DNA of 64,000 nt from Dehalococcoidia bacterium (lineage in GTDB: Bacteria > Chloroflexota > Dehalococcoidia > Lucifugimonadales > UBA3495), in contig OZ247430.1 in assembly GCA_965232895.1 (NCBI GenBank), positions 387,388 to 451,387 of the forward strand. The letters are read 5' to 3'. The notes under the pieces are model-generated. The model was not told the origin of the DNA and ran no database searches. It saw nothing but the letters and a program-made list of their open reading frames with translations. Positions 25,014-33,495 of this stretch are shown piece after piece. A program made the translations under genes and the position numbers. Within the stretch, counting starts at the first letter, position 1, and every line of letters starts with the position of its first letter.

Positions 25014-26123
25014 CTAATCCGCCCCGAGGGCGGCGCGGAAGCCGGCGACGACGGCGTCGGTTTCCTCGGGTTTGCCGACGCTGGAGCGGATGTAGTCGCG
25101 CAGGAGTTCGTTGTCGAAATAGCGCAGGAAGACGCCGCGTCGACACATGGCCTCGTACACTTCGAGGCCGCGCCCGTCGGGCATCTTGCAGAGGATGAAG
25201 TTCGCCTGGGAGGGCCAGACGGTTATTCCGGGAATCTCGCACAACAGCCGGTACATCCGGCCGCGCTCCTTGACGATGGCGTCGACGCGATCCAGGAGGT
25301 GGGCGGTGTCAGACAAAGAAGCCAGGAGGGCGACTTCCGCGGCGAGGTTGACGTTGTAGGGAGGCTTCATCCCCATCATGGTGGCGGCCAGTTCGGCGTC
25401 CATGGCGCCGGCGCCGATGCGAAGCCCCGCCAGGCCGGCCCACTTGCTGAAGGTGCGCAGAACCACCAGGTTGCGGTACTCGGACAGCAGCGGCATCAGG
25501 GTCTGGCCGCAGAAGTCATAGTAGGCCTCATCGGAAACGACCAGGAGGCCGGTGTCGAGGAGAGCGCGGGCCTGGGCCTCGGTGACCACGTTGCCGGTGG
25601 GGTTGTTGGGCGTCGGGAAGAAGATCGCCTTGGTGCGCGGGGTGATGGCCCCCTGTATGGCTTCGATGTCGATGTCGAAGTTCTCGTCGCGCGGGACGGA
25701 GACGGCTTCGGCGCCCGCCACGTCGGCAGAGAAGGAATACATGCCGAAGGTCGGCACCGGGATGATGATCTCGTCGCCGGGCGCAAGGAACATGCGCATC
25801 AAAAGGTCGATTATCTCGTCGCTGCCGTTGCCGGCTACGATGTTGTCTTCCGGGACGCCAAGGTAATCGGACAGGGCTTCGCGCAGCCGGCGTTGGGCGG
25901 GATCGGGATAGTGGTTGTAATCGCGGAAACTGCCCAGCGCCTCGGCGACCTGGGGCGAAGGCCCGTAGGGATTTTCATTGCCGTTCAGGCGAATGACCTG
26001 TTCCAGCGGGATGCCTGCCTCCTCGGCGAGCGTTTCGCTGGGAGAGACGCCCTGGTAGGTTTTCAGGCGACTGATGTGGGGGAGCAACAGTTCTTCAATT
26101 TCAGACATGGGCGGACGTTCCAA
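25014..26123 (-). CDS. hisC: Histidinol-phosphate aminotransferase
   Basis: LNGNENPYGPSP. PLP-lysine context TFSKWAGLAGLRIGA. Stop lies 1 nt from the hisB start. Confidence 0.9.
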   Translation of the reverse strand: MERPPMSEIEELLLPHISRLKTYQGVSPSETLAEEAGIPLEQVIRLNGNENPYGPSPQVAEALGSFRDYNHYPDPAQRRLREALSDYLGVPEDNIVAGNGSDEIIDLLMRMFLAPGDEIIIPVPTFGMYSFSADVAGAEAVSVPRDENFDIDIEAIQGAITPRTKAIFFPTPNNPTGNVVTEAQARALLDTGLLVVSDEAYYDFCGQTLMPLLSEYRNLVVLRTFSKWAGLAGLRIGAGAMDAELAATMMGMKPPYNVNLAAEVALLASLSDTAHLLDRVDAIVKERGRMYRLLCEIPGITVWPSQANFILCKMPDGRGLEVYEAMCRRGVFLRYFDNELLRDYIRSSVGKPEETDAVVAGFRAALGAD

Positions 26124-26128
26124 ATGCG

Positions 26129-27463
26129 TTAGCGGGTTTGCGTGGCAGCAATATGGTCGAGGCGGGCCTGCACCGCGCCGGCGTGGCCGGGCAACCCCTC
26201 GGCCTCGGCGATGCGGACAGCCGCGGCGCCGAGGTCAGTGAAACTCTGGGGGCTGAGGCCAACCACCGGCATGGTGCGCAGGAAGTGGTGGACGCTGAGA
26301 GCGGAGCTGAAGCGCGCGGTCCCGCCGGTGGGCATCACGTGGGACGGGCCGGCGATGTAGTCGCCCATGACCTCGGGCGAGAACTCGCCGAGGAAGAGGC
26401 CGCCGGCGTTTCGCACCTGGCCGGCCCAGGCCCACGGATCGGCGACCATGAGGCAAAGGTGTTCGGGGGCGATGCGATTGGCAACGGCGATGGCTTCATC
26501 GAAGTCATCCACCACTACGATGCAGCCCTGTCGTTCCAGGGAATGGCGGATGGTCTCGGCGCGGGGATTACCGGCGATCTGTACATCCAGTTCGGCTTCG
26601 ACAGTGTCGATCAGGGATTGGGAGTCGGTCACGAGGATGGCCGAAGCCATGGGATCGTGTTCGGCCTGGGCGATGAGATCGGCAGCGCAGAAGATAGGAT
26701 TGGCCGTGTCGTCGGCGAGGAGGATAGTTTCGGTGGGGCCGAATACTCCGTCGATGTCCACCTGGCCCTGTACCATCCGTTTGGCGTAGGCAACGAAGAC
26801 GTTGCCGGGGCCGCAGATCTTGTCCACCTTGCGGATGGACTCGGTTCCGTAGGCAAGAGCGCCAATGGCGGGTACGCCGCCGACCTGGTAGACCGCGTCG
26901 ACGCCGGCGATCCGGGCGGCGGCAAGGACGGTGGCATTCAGCGGCTCATTGCCGCGGCGCGGGGTGGCCAGGACCACCTCGTTGACGCCGGCGACGCGGG
27001 CCGGGATGGCGGTCATCAGCACGGTGGAAGGGTAGGCCGCGGTGCCGCCGGGAGCGTACAACCCGACACGTTCCAGGGGCCGAATCAGCTCACCCAAACC
27101 TCCGCCGAGGTCGACCCAATCCCGGGGCAGCGTGGCCTCGTGGAATTCGGTGATGCGGCGGGCGGCCAACTCCAGGGCACGTTTGAGGTCATCGGGAGTG
27201 GAGTCCCAGGCGGCATCGAGCTCAGCCGCGGGCACTTGCAGGCTGTCCAGATCGGCGCCGTCGAGGAGACTGGCGTAACGGCGGACAGCATCATCACCAC
27301 CGGCGCGAACGTCGCGGAGCATCTGCAGGACTGAGGACTCCGGCGTCGCGTCGGCGCCGAAGAGGTCGCGGGTGCGTTGGAGGACAGGCCCGGGCAACGA
27401 CGAGAGGTCGAGGGGGTCGATGCGGGTCAGAACCGATTCGGCGGCGGTCAGCCCGCGCACCAT
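26129..27463 (-). CDS. hisD: Histidinol dehydrogenase
   Basis: Typical HisD length from ATG 27463 (444 aa). Motifs GLYAPGGTAAYPSTVLM, AQAEHDPMA, GDYIAGPSHVMPT. Confidence 0.9.
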   Translation of the reverse strand: MVRGLTAAESVLTRIDPLDLSSLPGPVLQRTRDLFGADATPESSVLQMLRDVRAGGDDAVRRYASLLDGADLDSLQVPAAELDAAWDSTPDDLKRALELAARRITEFHEATLPRDWVDLGGGLGELIRPLERVGLYAPGGTAAYPSTVLMTAIPARVAGVNEVVLATPRRGNEPLNATVLAAARIAGVDAVYQVGGVPAIGALAYGTESIRKVDKICGPGNVFVAYAKRMVQGQVDIDGVFGPTETILLADDTANPIFCAADLIAQAEHDPMASAILVTDSQSLIDTVEAELDVQIAGNPRAETIRHSLERQGCIVVVDDFDEAIAVANRIAPEHLCLMVADPWAWAGQVRNAGGLFLGEFSPEVMGDYIAGPSHVMPTGGTARFSSALSVHHFLRTMPVVGLSPQSFTDLGAAAVRIAEAEGLPGHAGAVQARLDHIAATQTR

Positions 27464-27464
27464 C

Positions 27465-28235
27465 TTAAGTCGCACTGAGATACTCCCGGGCCTGGGCCTT
27501 GGTTTCGTCGATGACCCGCTGGCGGTAGGTTTCGATATGCTCGCGGGGGATCCGTTCGTACACACGCTCCAGACTCTGAGGCATATGCTCCAGGAATCCA
27601 TCCACGACCTGCTGCACGTCGTCGTTTTCGCGATACATGCGGTTGAGGGCGCGCTTGAGTCGTTCCCAGGTGAAATCCCAGCCGAGAAGCCGGGCCACCC
27701 AACCACGCCACTCGTCGATCAGTTCGTCCTCGAGGAATTCCAGGGACGGCATCTGGTCCACCGCCGCGATGGCGTCGTTCTCAACCACGAGACGGGCATT
27801 TTCGTCGAGAACGACGCGGTCCATATCCAGTTGCAGCGCTCGGTCCCAGATGTGCGATTCAATTTCCGTGTCGGTGACACGGCTCTCGGGAGCAAAGTGC
27901 GGGCGGAACATGGTGGTGATCCACATCTCGTCCGCAACCAGATGGCTCACGTAACCGAGAAGGAACGACCGGGTCTCGGGCGACAAGCCGTTATCGGAGC
28001 CGGCCAACTGCGGGTGCAGTTCGAACATACGCTGCACGCCGGCGCCGACGTGGGTCACCGACAGGTCGGAGAAGTGGGTGCGAGCGCGGTCCCACTTGGT
28101 CATGGCGCGAATGTCGGGGGTGGTCGACCCGAGGTACGCGGCGCCGGGGTGGTCGTGGGCGTAACCCCAATCCAACTCTACGGCGACCTGCTGGCACAGG
28201 TAGATGTGCATGGGCAGGTTAGGCATGGCAGGCAT
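27465..28235 (-). CDS. Zinc-dependent phospholipase C / P1-nuclease-like metallo-phosphoesterase family protein (function unknown)
   Basis: Pattern MHIY...YLGSTTPDI...THF...GYVSHLVADEMW. Embedded in the his operon: it overlaps the hisG stop by up to 17 nt and ends 1 nt before the hisD ATG. Confidence 0.5.
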   Translation of the reverse strand: MPAMPNLPMHIYLCQQVAVELDWGYAHDHPGAAYLGSTTPDIRAMTKWDRARTHFSDLSVTHVGAGVQRMFELHPQLAGSDNGLSPETRSFLLGYVSHLVADEMWITTMFRPHFAPESRVTDTEIESHIWDRALQLDMDRVVLDENARLVVENDAIAAVDQMPSLEFLEDELIDEWRGWVARLLGWDFTWERLKRALNRMYRENDDVQQVVDGFLEHMPQSLERVYERIPREHIETYRQRVIDETKAQAREYLSAT

Positions 28236-29238
28236 CCTGCCCGTTCATCGCGGCGACACGGTCCATGAAGACGGCGAAGGCCTGGGACTCGCCTTTGAAC
28301 AGGTACGACAGCTGGGCCGCGGCGATATCGACGCCACCACACTCACGCAGGTGAGAGACCACGTCCAGCAGTCGGTTCTTGCGGATCAGCAGGGAGACGG
28401 CGTACCAGTCCTCCTCCTCGACGCTGAACACGCGGGCGACGGTGGGTCCCTGGATGCCGGCGATTTCGGGGCGCGCCAATATCATGGCGCTGACGTCCTC
28501 GGCGGAACGGCCCTGGACGTTGGCGGTGATGCGGTAGTACGGGTCGGCGCGGAGGTGGGCTTCCAGCATCTCGGTGAAGGAGCGTGCCAGATCGAGGTTG
28601 TCGGGACAACCGGCGAGGGCGGACGGATTGGCTATGAGACAGGCCTGGGAAGTGAGGATCGTGCCGCCGTCCAGGGTCTTGAGGCGGTTTTCCCTGAGGG
28701 TTGTGCCGGTAGCGGAAAGATCCGCGATCAGATCGGCGTAGCCGGCGATGGGCGCGGCTTCCAGGGTGCCGCTTGCCGGCACGAGGGTGAAGTAGTTGAT
28801 GCCCCGCTCGAACAGGTAGCGGCGCAGGAGACGCGGATATTTGGTGGCGATGCGAAGCTGGCGTCCGCGCTCGTGGAACTCCAGGGCCAGGTCGGCGAGG
28901 TCGTCGACGGATGTTACGTCAAGCCAGGAGTCGGGCACGGCCAGCACGTAGTCGCAGCCACCGAATCCCAGGTCCTCCATGACGGGTATTACCGCGTCAT
29001 CGTCGTGGCGGTATTCCATCATCCGGTCCAGACCGGTGATGCCCATCTCAGCGCTGCCCTCTTCCACCTTGGTGGTGATGTCGGCGGTGCGCTGGAAGAG
29101 CACGTCGATACCGGGCAGGGCCGGGATGGAGCCGGTGTAGCGGCGGGAGTTGGGCCGATTCACCTTGACGCCACAGGAGGCCAGGAACCTCATGGTGGGC
29201 TCGCCCAGTTCGCCGTCGCTAGGTATGACCAGTCTCAA
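28219..29238 (-). CDS. hisG: ATP phosphoribosyltransferase, long form with a C-terminal regulatory domain
   Basis: N-terminal MRLVIPSDGELGEPT..., catalytic ADLSATGTTLRENRLK. An additional C-terminal domain of about 100 aa (GPTVARVFSVEEEDWYAVSLLIRKNRLLDVVSHLRECGGVDI). Confidence 0.85.
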   Translation of the reverse strand: MRLVIPSDGELGEPTMRFLASCGVKVNRPNSRRYTGSIPALPGIDVLFQRTADITTKVEEGSAEMGITGLDRMMEYRHDDDAVIPVMEDLGFGGCDYVLAVPDSWLDVTSVDDLADLALEFHERGRQLRIATKYPRLLRRYLFERGINYFTLVPASGTLEAAPIAGYADLIADLSATGTTLRENRLKTLDGGTILTSQACLIANPSALAGCPDNLDLARSFTEMLEAHLRADPYYRITANVQGRSAEDVSAMILARPEIAGIQGPTVARVFSVEEEDWYAVSLLIRKNRLLDVVSHLRECGGVDIAAAQLSYLFKGESQAFAVFMDRVAAMNGQDACHA

Positions 29239-29253
29239 GGCGATGCTCCGTGT

Positions 29254-30663
29254 TTACACTGTTGCCGTCCGACGAAAATCGGAGCGCGCGTCGTTTCCAC
29301 CCACGTCCAAAACGGCTACACCTCCCTGCGCCCGTATGTCGGCGGCAGCGCGCAGAGCGGCGGCGTTGGACCCCTCGTCGTCGGGGGATATCAGGACGGA
29401 GTCGGGATCAGTTTCGGGCTCGTCGGCCGGCGGCATCGCGGACAGCAATGCTTCCACGGTGCAGGCGAAACCCAGGGCGGGCACGGGAGCCGGACCGCCG
29501 AGAGCGCGGGCCAGGGCATCGTACCGTCCGCCGCCGCCTAGAGAGGCATCCGCGTCGCCCCGAACGATGTCGAAGATAATGCCGTTGTAGTACGCGATAC
29601 CACGGGCCAGGGAGAAGTCGATCTCCAATCGTCGAGACACCGCGGGGTCTTCACCAATGAGGGAAGTCAATGCGATGATCCGGTCGATGGACCGAGTGTC
29701 CGCGCCGGCAGCGGCAACGATGGACTGGGCCCGGGGCAGTGCGTGGGCTGGGTCGCCCTTGACGGAGGCGAGCTGACCGGCCAGGGCGAGGCCGCGTTTC
29801 ACCGCGTCGGAGGCGTCGCCGCCGCGCAACTTGCGCAGCAGGCGGTCGACGATCTCATCGGGCGTGCGGCGGCCCAGGGGCATGTCTGCCGACGTGTTCC
29901 AGCGCATGAAACCGGCCAGGACGGAGCGGGCCGCGCCGTCGGGCAGCCCGGTGACCGCCACGGCCAAGTGCTTCTCCTCGTCGGGGAGGCCGATGCCGGA
30001 CACGACGTGCAGGTCAGCGGCCCGCTGCAGGGCGGCAGCGAGGTTCTCGCTGCCCTCGCCGATGCGGTTCATGTTGGCGACGATGAACTCGCGGGCGCGG
30101 TCGGAAAGGCCGACCGTATCCAGCACGCTGTCCAGCACGTCCAAATCGGCCAGGCGGATGCGATAGTCGGGGATGCCCAACTCCGCGGGGATGCCGGCGG
30201 CGAGGGTCAGTAGCTCGGCATCAGCGAGGATGCTGTTGGAGCCGACCAATTCAGCGCCGACCTGGGTGAACTGGCCCGTGTCGGCGGCGCTGCCAGTGTC
30301 GTATCGGAAGACCGGACCGCAGTATTGCCAGCGCACCAGGGGCGGCTCGTCGCTGTGCCCGTGGATCTCCAGATAGTGCCGCATTATCGCGGAGGTGAAC
30401 TCGGGCCGCAGGCTGATGGCGTTGGAGCCGGGGTCAACGAAGGAGTACATCTGCGAAGCCAGGTCGCCGCCGGATTTGCGCAGGAACAGTTCAGTGGTCT
30501 CCAGTACCGGGACTTCCAGCGCCGAATAGCCGAATCGGCCGATGAAATCGGCGAGGCGGCGCTCGACATACTGCTTGCGCTGACGCGCGCCGGCGTGGAA
30601 ATCACGCATGCCGGGCAGGCGGCGCACCGGATTGGGGCGAACGGGCGAAACGGCAGAAATCAT
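29254..30663 (-). CDS. hisZ: HisRS paralogue, probable ATP-PRT regulatory subunit HisZ
   Basis: Class-II HisRS-like (GMRDF, LRPEFTSAIMRHY, GGGGRYDAL). Motif 2 is degenerate (VFRYDTGSAADTGQFTQVGAELVG, no RPQxGRxREF). Immediately upstream of hisG. Confidence 0.65.
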   Translation of the reverse strand: MISAVSPVRPNPVRRLPGMRDFHAGARQRKQYVERRLADFIGRFGYSALEVPVLETTELFLRKSGGDLASQMYSFVDPGSNAISLRPEFTSAIMRHYLEIHGHSDEPPLVRWQYCGPVFRYDTGSAADTGQFTQVGAELVGSNSILADAELLTLAAGIPAELGIPDYRIRLADLDVLDSVLDTVGLSDRAREFIVANMNRIGEGSENLAAALQRAADLHVVSGIGLPDEEKHLAVAVTGLPDGAARSVLAGFMRWNTSADMPLGRRTPDEIVDRLLRKLRGGDASDAVKRGLALAGQLASVKGDPAHALPRAQSIVAAAGADTRSIDRIIALTSLIGEDPAVSRRLEIDFSLARGIAYYNGIIFDIVRGDADASLGGGGRYDALARALGGPAPVPALGFACTVEALLSAMPPADEPETDPDSVLISPDDEGSNAAALRAAADIRAQGGVAVLDVGGNDARSDFRRTATV

Positions 30664-30669
30664 CGCACG

Positions 30670-31038
30670 CTATTTTACCACCAAGAGGCTAAGGAGGCGG
30701 TTGACGAAACGGGCTACTTTGGGGCGGTTGCTGTTTATTCGCTGATGGGTTAGCCGGCCGTGGTAGAAATGGATATGAAAATCCTCTGCTGTGTCCAAAT
30801 CGGAAATCCATTGCGGTCTTTGGTGCAGCGTCGCCAAGGCTTTGACAGCATCGCGAAATGCGCCGTGGCTATCATAGTGCCAACCGTGTTCCTGAGCGAC
30901 GGCGATTAGTGCGTGGGCCGCCGCGCCCCAAAGCAGTTCCGCACCATTGAGTTCGTCACCGGCCGCAAACTCTCGCTCTGACTTGTCCAGAAAGCCCTGG
31001 GCAATGCTAACGTGCCGATTTTGCGGAAACGTCGTCAT
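30670..31038 (-). CDS. PaREP1-like protein (divergent)
   Basis: AAGDELNGAELLWGAAAHALIAVAQEHGWHYDSHG...FHIHFYHG parallels the 14184 and 35130 copies. Ends 6 nt before the hisZ start. Confidence 0.5.
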   Translation of the reverse strand: MTTFPQNRHVSIAQGFLDKSEREFAAGDELNGAELLWGAAAHALIAVAQEHGWHYDSHGAFRDAVKALATLHQRPQWISDLDTAEDFHIHFYHGRLTHQRINSNRPKVARFVNRLLSLLVVK

Positions 31039-31405
31039 GTCGCGCGTCCAGGTCCCGGATCATACCAAGCACCCATTTGGTGACCGTGCGGGCGTCTTCC
31101 TCACGACCGTCTCCCATGGCGAAAAGGCCGAAGCGGACTCGGTCCGGTCCGCCTTCTACCGAGGAAAAGCCGCTGAGCAGGGGTTCGTCCTCGTCGTCAT
31201 CCAGCTCGTTGAGACGCTCGGCGACGGCGTACAATTCCTCATTGTTGGAGTGGGGCCAGCCTTTGTGCTCGGCTACTGCTGAGAGAGTGCACACGACGGC
31301 ATCCCACAGTCGTTCGGTGGCGGCCAGGGGGTTGCCGGCGGCGAACCCGCGGTCGGCGGCGGCGAGGTAGGCTTGGGTTTTTTTGGTTTGATCGGGAGTA
31401 ATCAT
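31007..31405 (-). CDS. PaREP1-like protein (more divergent)
   Basis: AAGNPLAATERLWDAVVCTLSAVAEHKGWPHSNN. Overlaps the next PaREP1-like gene by 32 nt. Confidence 0.4.
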   Translation of the reverse strand: MITPDQTKKTQAYLAAADRGFAAGNPLAATERLWDAVVCTLSAVAEHKGWPHSNNEELYAVAERLNELDDDEDEPLLSGFSSVEGGPDRVRFGLFAMGDGREEDARTVTKWVLGMIRDLDARHDDVSAKSAR

Positions 31406-31423
31406 TTTAGGTCATCCGCTTTT

Positions 31424-32593
31424 CTAACCCTCTTCCTCGTTGCCTTCTTCCACAAAGACGTTCACGACGGGCGTGATTGCCTCAATGAACATCCGCACAG
31501 TATCGGCAATTTCTTCGCTGAAACCATCGGTTAGCGTAGCGACTCCTACAGTCGCTATGAGACGATTCGGCTCAATTTCGTGTGTCCCACACGGAAGAAT
31601 ACCAGCTAACTTGCCTGCCAAATCATATCCTTCATACCAGAATTCGACGTCAGCGCGCCAATCCTTGGATCCATCTTGTGGCCAAAGATTAATGCGGTAT
31701 GACATTCCGTTCCAATTAGCCCAAGGCGTCCGCGAATACCATAGGTGGTAATAACGCCCGCTATTTGAGTGGCGACCAGCCCATTTGCTCCTTCTGTTGG
31801 GCTTGATTTCACTCGACAATCCACTTATGGCCAGATCTCTAACTCTGTAGAGGAATGGCGTTGATTCGTGATCGATGCTCTGCCGGAATGTGCGGCTTAA
31901 TTTCTCGCCCAAGCTGCTACGACCCAGCGACTGTGCTTTATTCGCATTGTCGCCCACTGTCACCATAAAATCTTCGCTCGCGGGCAAGGGGATTATGGTT
32001 GACGCTTGAACAAACAGAGTGTTTGTTTGCTGGTCGTGGTAAGGCACCAACTGAATGCAAGTTATCAGGTCCGCATTTGGCGATTTCTCGTTCAACCATA
32101 GGGACGCAGAGGTTACTTGCGGCGCAAAGCGATGGCTGACCAAGATGATGCGCTGGTCATTGTTCAAAGCATTGAGGTCATCAGCATTGAGATGCTGCAA
32201 CAGCCGCTCAATTGCCTCGTTTTCCGACGTTTCGCCGTATGCAGCCAGCATACTAACAACCTTCTCAGCAGTGACGTTGTGCAAATAGCTGGCATATTTG
32301 ATGGCCTGCCAGTGCACGTCGGCCCCGGTGTCGTCGCGTTTTAGTTCTATGACGACCAGCCTACCGTCACCGTCCACTGCTAACAAATCCAGCCGCTCGT
32401 TAATGAGATCAAAGCCGCTAAACTCCTTACCGACTATCAACAAGTCATCTCCCAGAATGTCAGGATGAGCTGCAATCCATTCTTGGATGTCCCGGCGCTC
32501 CTTCCATCCGAGGCTGGCAAAGTCTTTTTCGGGGATGGCCTGAGCTTCTTGGCTATCCGGGTTTATACGGAACATTTTGGGTTCGCCACTCAT
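31424..32593 (-). CDS. NucS/RecB-like PD-(D/E)xK nuclease-domain protein with an uncharacterised C-terminal domain (DUF4268-like)
   Basis: ERLDLLAVDGDGRLVVIELKRD nuclease motif. Visibly lower G+C than its neighbours. Start taken at ATG 32593 (MSGEPKMFRINP), because the upstream part of the table ORF overlaps the SDR gene. Confidence 0.65.
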   Translation of the reverse strand: MSGEPKMFRINPDSQEAQAIPEKDFASLGWKERRDIQEWIAAHPDILGDDLLIVGKEFSGFDLINERLDLLAVDGDGRLVVIELKRDDTGADVHWQAIKYASYLHNVTAEKVVSMLAAYGETSENEAIERLLQHLNADDLNALNNDQRIILVSHRFAPQVTSASLWLNEKSPNADLITCIQLVPYHDQQTNTLFVQASTIIPLPASEDFMVTVGDNANKAQSLGRSSLGEKLSRTFRQSIDHESTPFLYRVRDLAISGLSSEIKPNRRSKWAGRHSNSGRYYHLWYSRTPWANWNGMSYRINLWPQDGSKDWRADVEFWYEGYDLAGKLAGILPCGTHEIEPNRLIATVGVATLTDGFSEEIADTVRMFIEAITPVVNVFVEEGNEEEG

Positions 32594-32619
32594 ATCGGTT
32601 TCCTTTTCAGAGCGACTGG

Positions 32620-32641
32620 ATTCCGGCGCTTTCGCCGGAAT
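32620..32641. repeat. Palindromic repeat, family B (ATTCCGGC-loop-GCCGGAAT)
   Basis: attccggcgctttcgccggaat followed by gac. Same unit as 37078-37097. Confidence 0.7.
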
Positions 32642-32655
32642 GACGCTGGCAGTGG

Positions 32656-33438
32656 CTACGGATGCGCGTTCAATCCGCCGTCGATGTACACCGGCTGCCC
32701 GCTGGGATAGTCGCAGTGGGGGGAGCAGAGGTAGACCAGCATGGCGGCCAAATCGCGGGGATGACCCTTGCGGCGCATGGGCGTGTAGCGGACGAGGAGT
32801 TCCTCGCGCTGGGTCTCTAAGGGGATGTCCTCGGCCGTTGACCAGCCGGACCCTACGGCGTTGACCCGGATCTCGCTTCGGCCCCATTCCACCGCCAGCG
32901 AGCGCGTCAGGGACAGGACGGCGGCCTGGGTGGCGCTGTAGGCGGAGCAGTTGATGACCGCGCGCTCGGCCAGGTTGGAGATGACGTTCACGACCCGCCC
33001 GTACTGCTGGTCCAGCATGCGTTGACCCACGGCCTGGCTGAGCATGAAGGTGGCGCGGACGTTGCGGGCGTGGAGTTCGTCCCACTCCTCAAGGGCGATT
33101 TCCGCCGCGGGTTTGGCGAAGAAGCTGCGGGTGTCGTTGACCAGGATGTCGACCCGGGGATGCGCGTCGGCGATGGAGTCGAGAACCGCGGCCGCCCCGT
33201 CCGGCGTGTCCCAGCGTCCCACGTGGCGATCGGTGTCGCGGCCGGAGACTGCGGTTACTGCGTCGGCGATGGCATCGGCGGCATCTCCGCGACGAGCCAC
33301 CGCGAACACCTCAGCGCCAGCCTCGGCCAACGCAGCGGCCAGGAAGGGGGATTCATCGCCGCCAGCGGAGGCCACGATGGCGGTTTGCCCGGCGAGGCTG
33401 AACTCGGCGGGGAGATGGTTTCGGGACGGCAACGCCAC
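32656..33438 (-). CDS. SDR-fold protein with degenerate cofactor and catalytic motifs
   Basis: SDR architecture, but the Gly motif reads IVASAGGDESPF and the catalytic YxxxK reads YSATQ (CAG codon in place of Lys). Confidence 0.7.
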   Translation of the reverse strand: MALPSRNHLPAEFSLAGQTAIVASAGGDESPFLAAALAEAGAEVFAVARRGDAADAIADAVTAVSGRDTDRHVGRWDTPDGAAAVLDSIADAHPRVDILVNDTRSFFAKPAAEIALEEWDELHARNVRATFMLSQAVGQRMLDQQYGRVVNVISNLAERAVINCSAYSATQAAVLSLTRSLAVEWGRSEIRVNAVGSGWSTAEDIPLETQREELLVRYTPMRRKGHPRDLAAMLVYLCSPHCDYPSGQPVYIDGGLNAHP

Positions 33439-33495
33439 GTCGCTACACTCCTGTCAAGGACGGATGGATGACGGTTTTCGGGCAGGCTTGAGGCG

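Noticed and set aside
25011-29541. Series of long plus-strand ORFs (25011-26132, 26138-27334, 27372-28268, 28204-29541) opposite the his operon
   Set aside because: All are antisense to recognisable hisC, hisD and hisG. Their composition is typical of GC-rich shadow ORFs.
30742-30780. His-rich stretch (FHIHFYHGRLTHQ) just upstream of hisZ as a his-operon leader peptide
   Set aside because: It is part of a 122-aa PaREP1-like protein and corresponds to the family motif LH.NFY. There is no terminator or alternative hairpin between it and hisZ (6-nt gap).
32594-33085. N-terminal 164-codon extension of the 553-aa table ORF (31424-33085)
   Set aside because: The extension is Arg/Pro/Gly-rich, overlaps the well-supported SDR gene and runs across a palindromic repeat. 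The nuclease-family N-terminus begins at ATG 32593.
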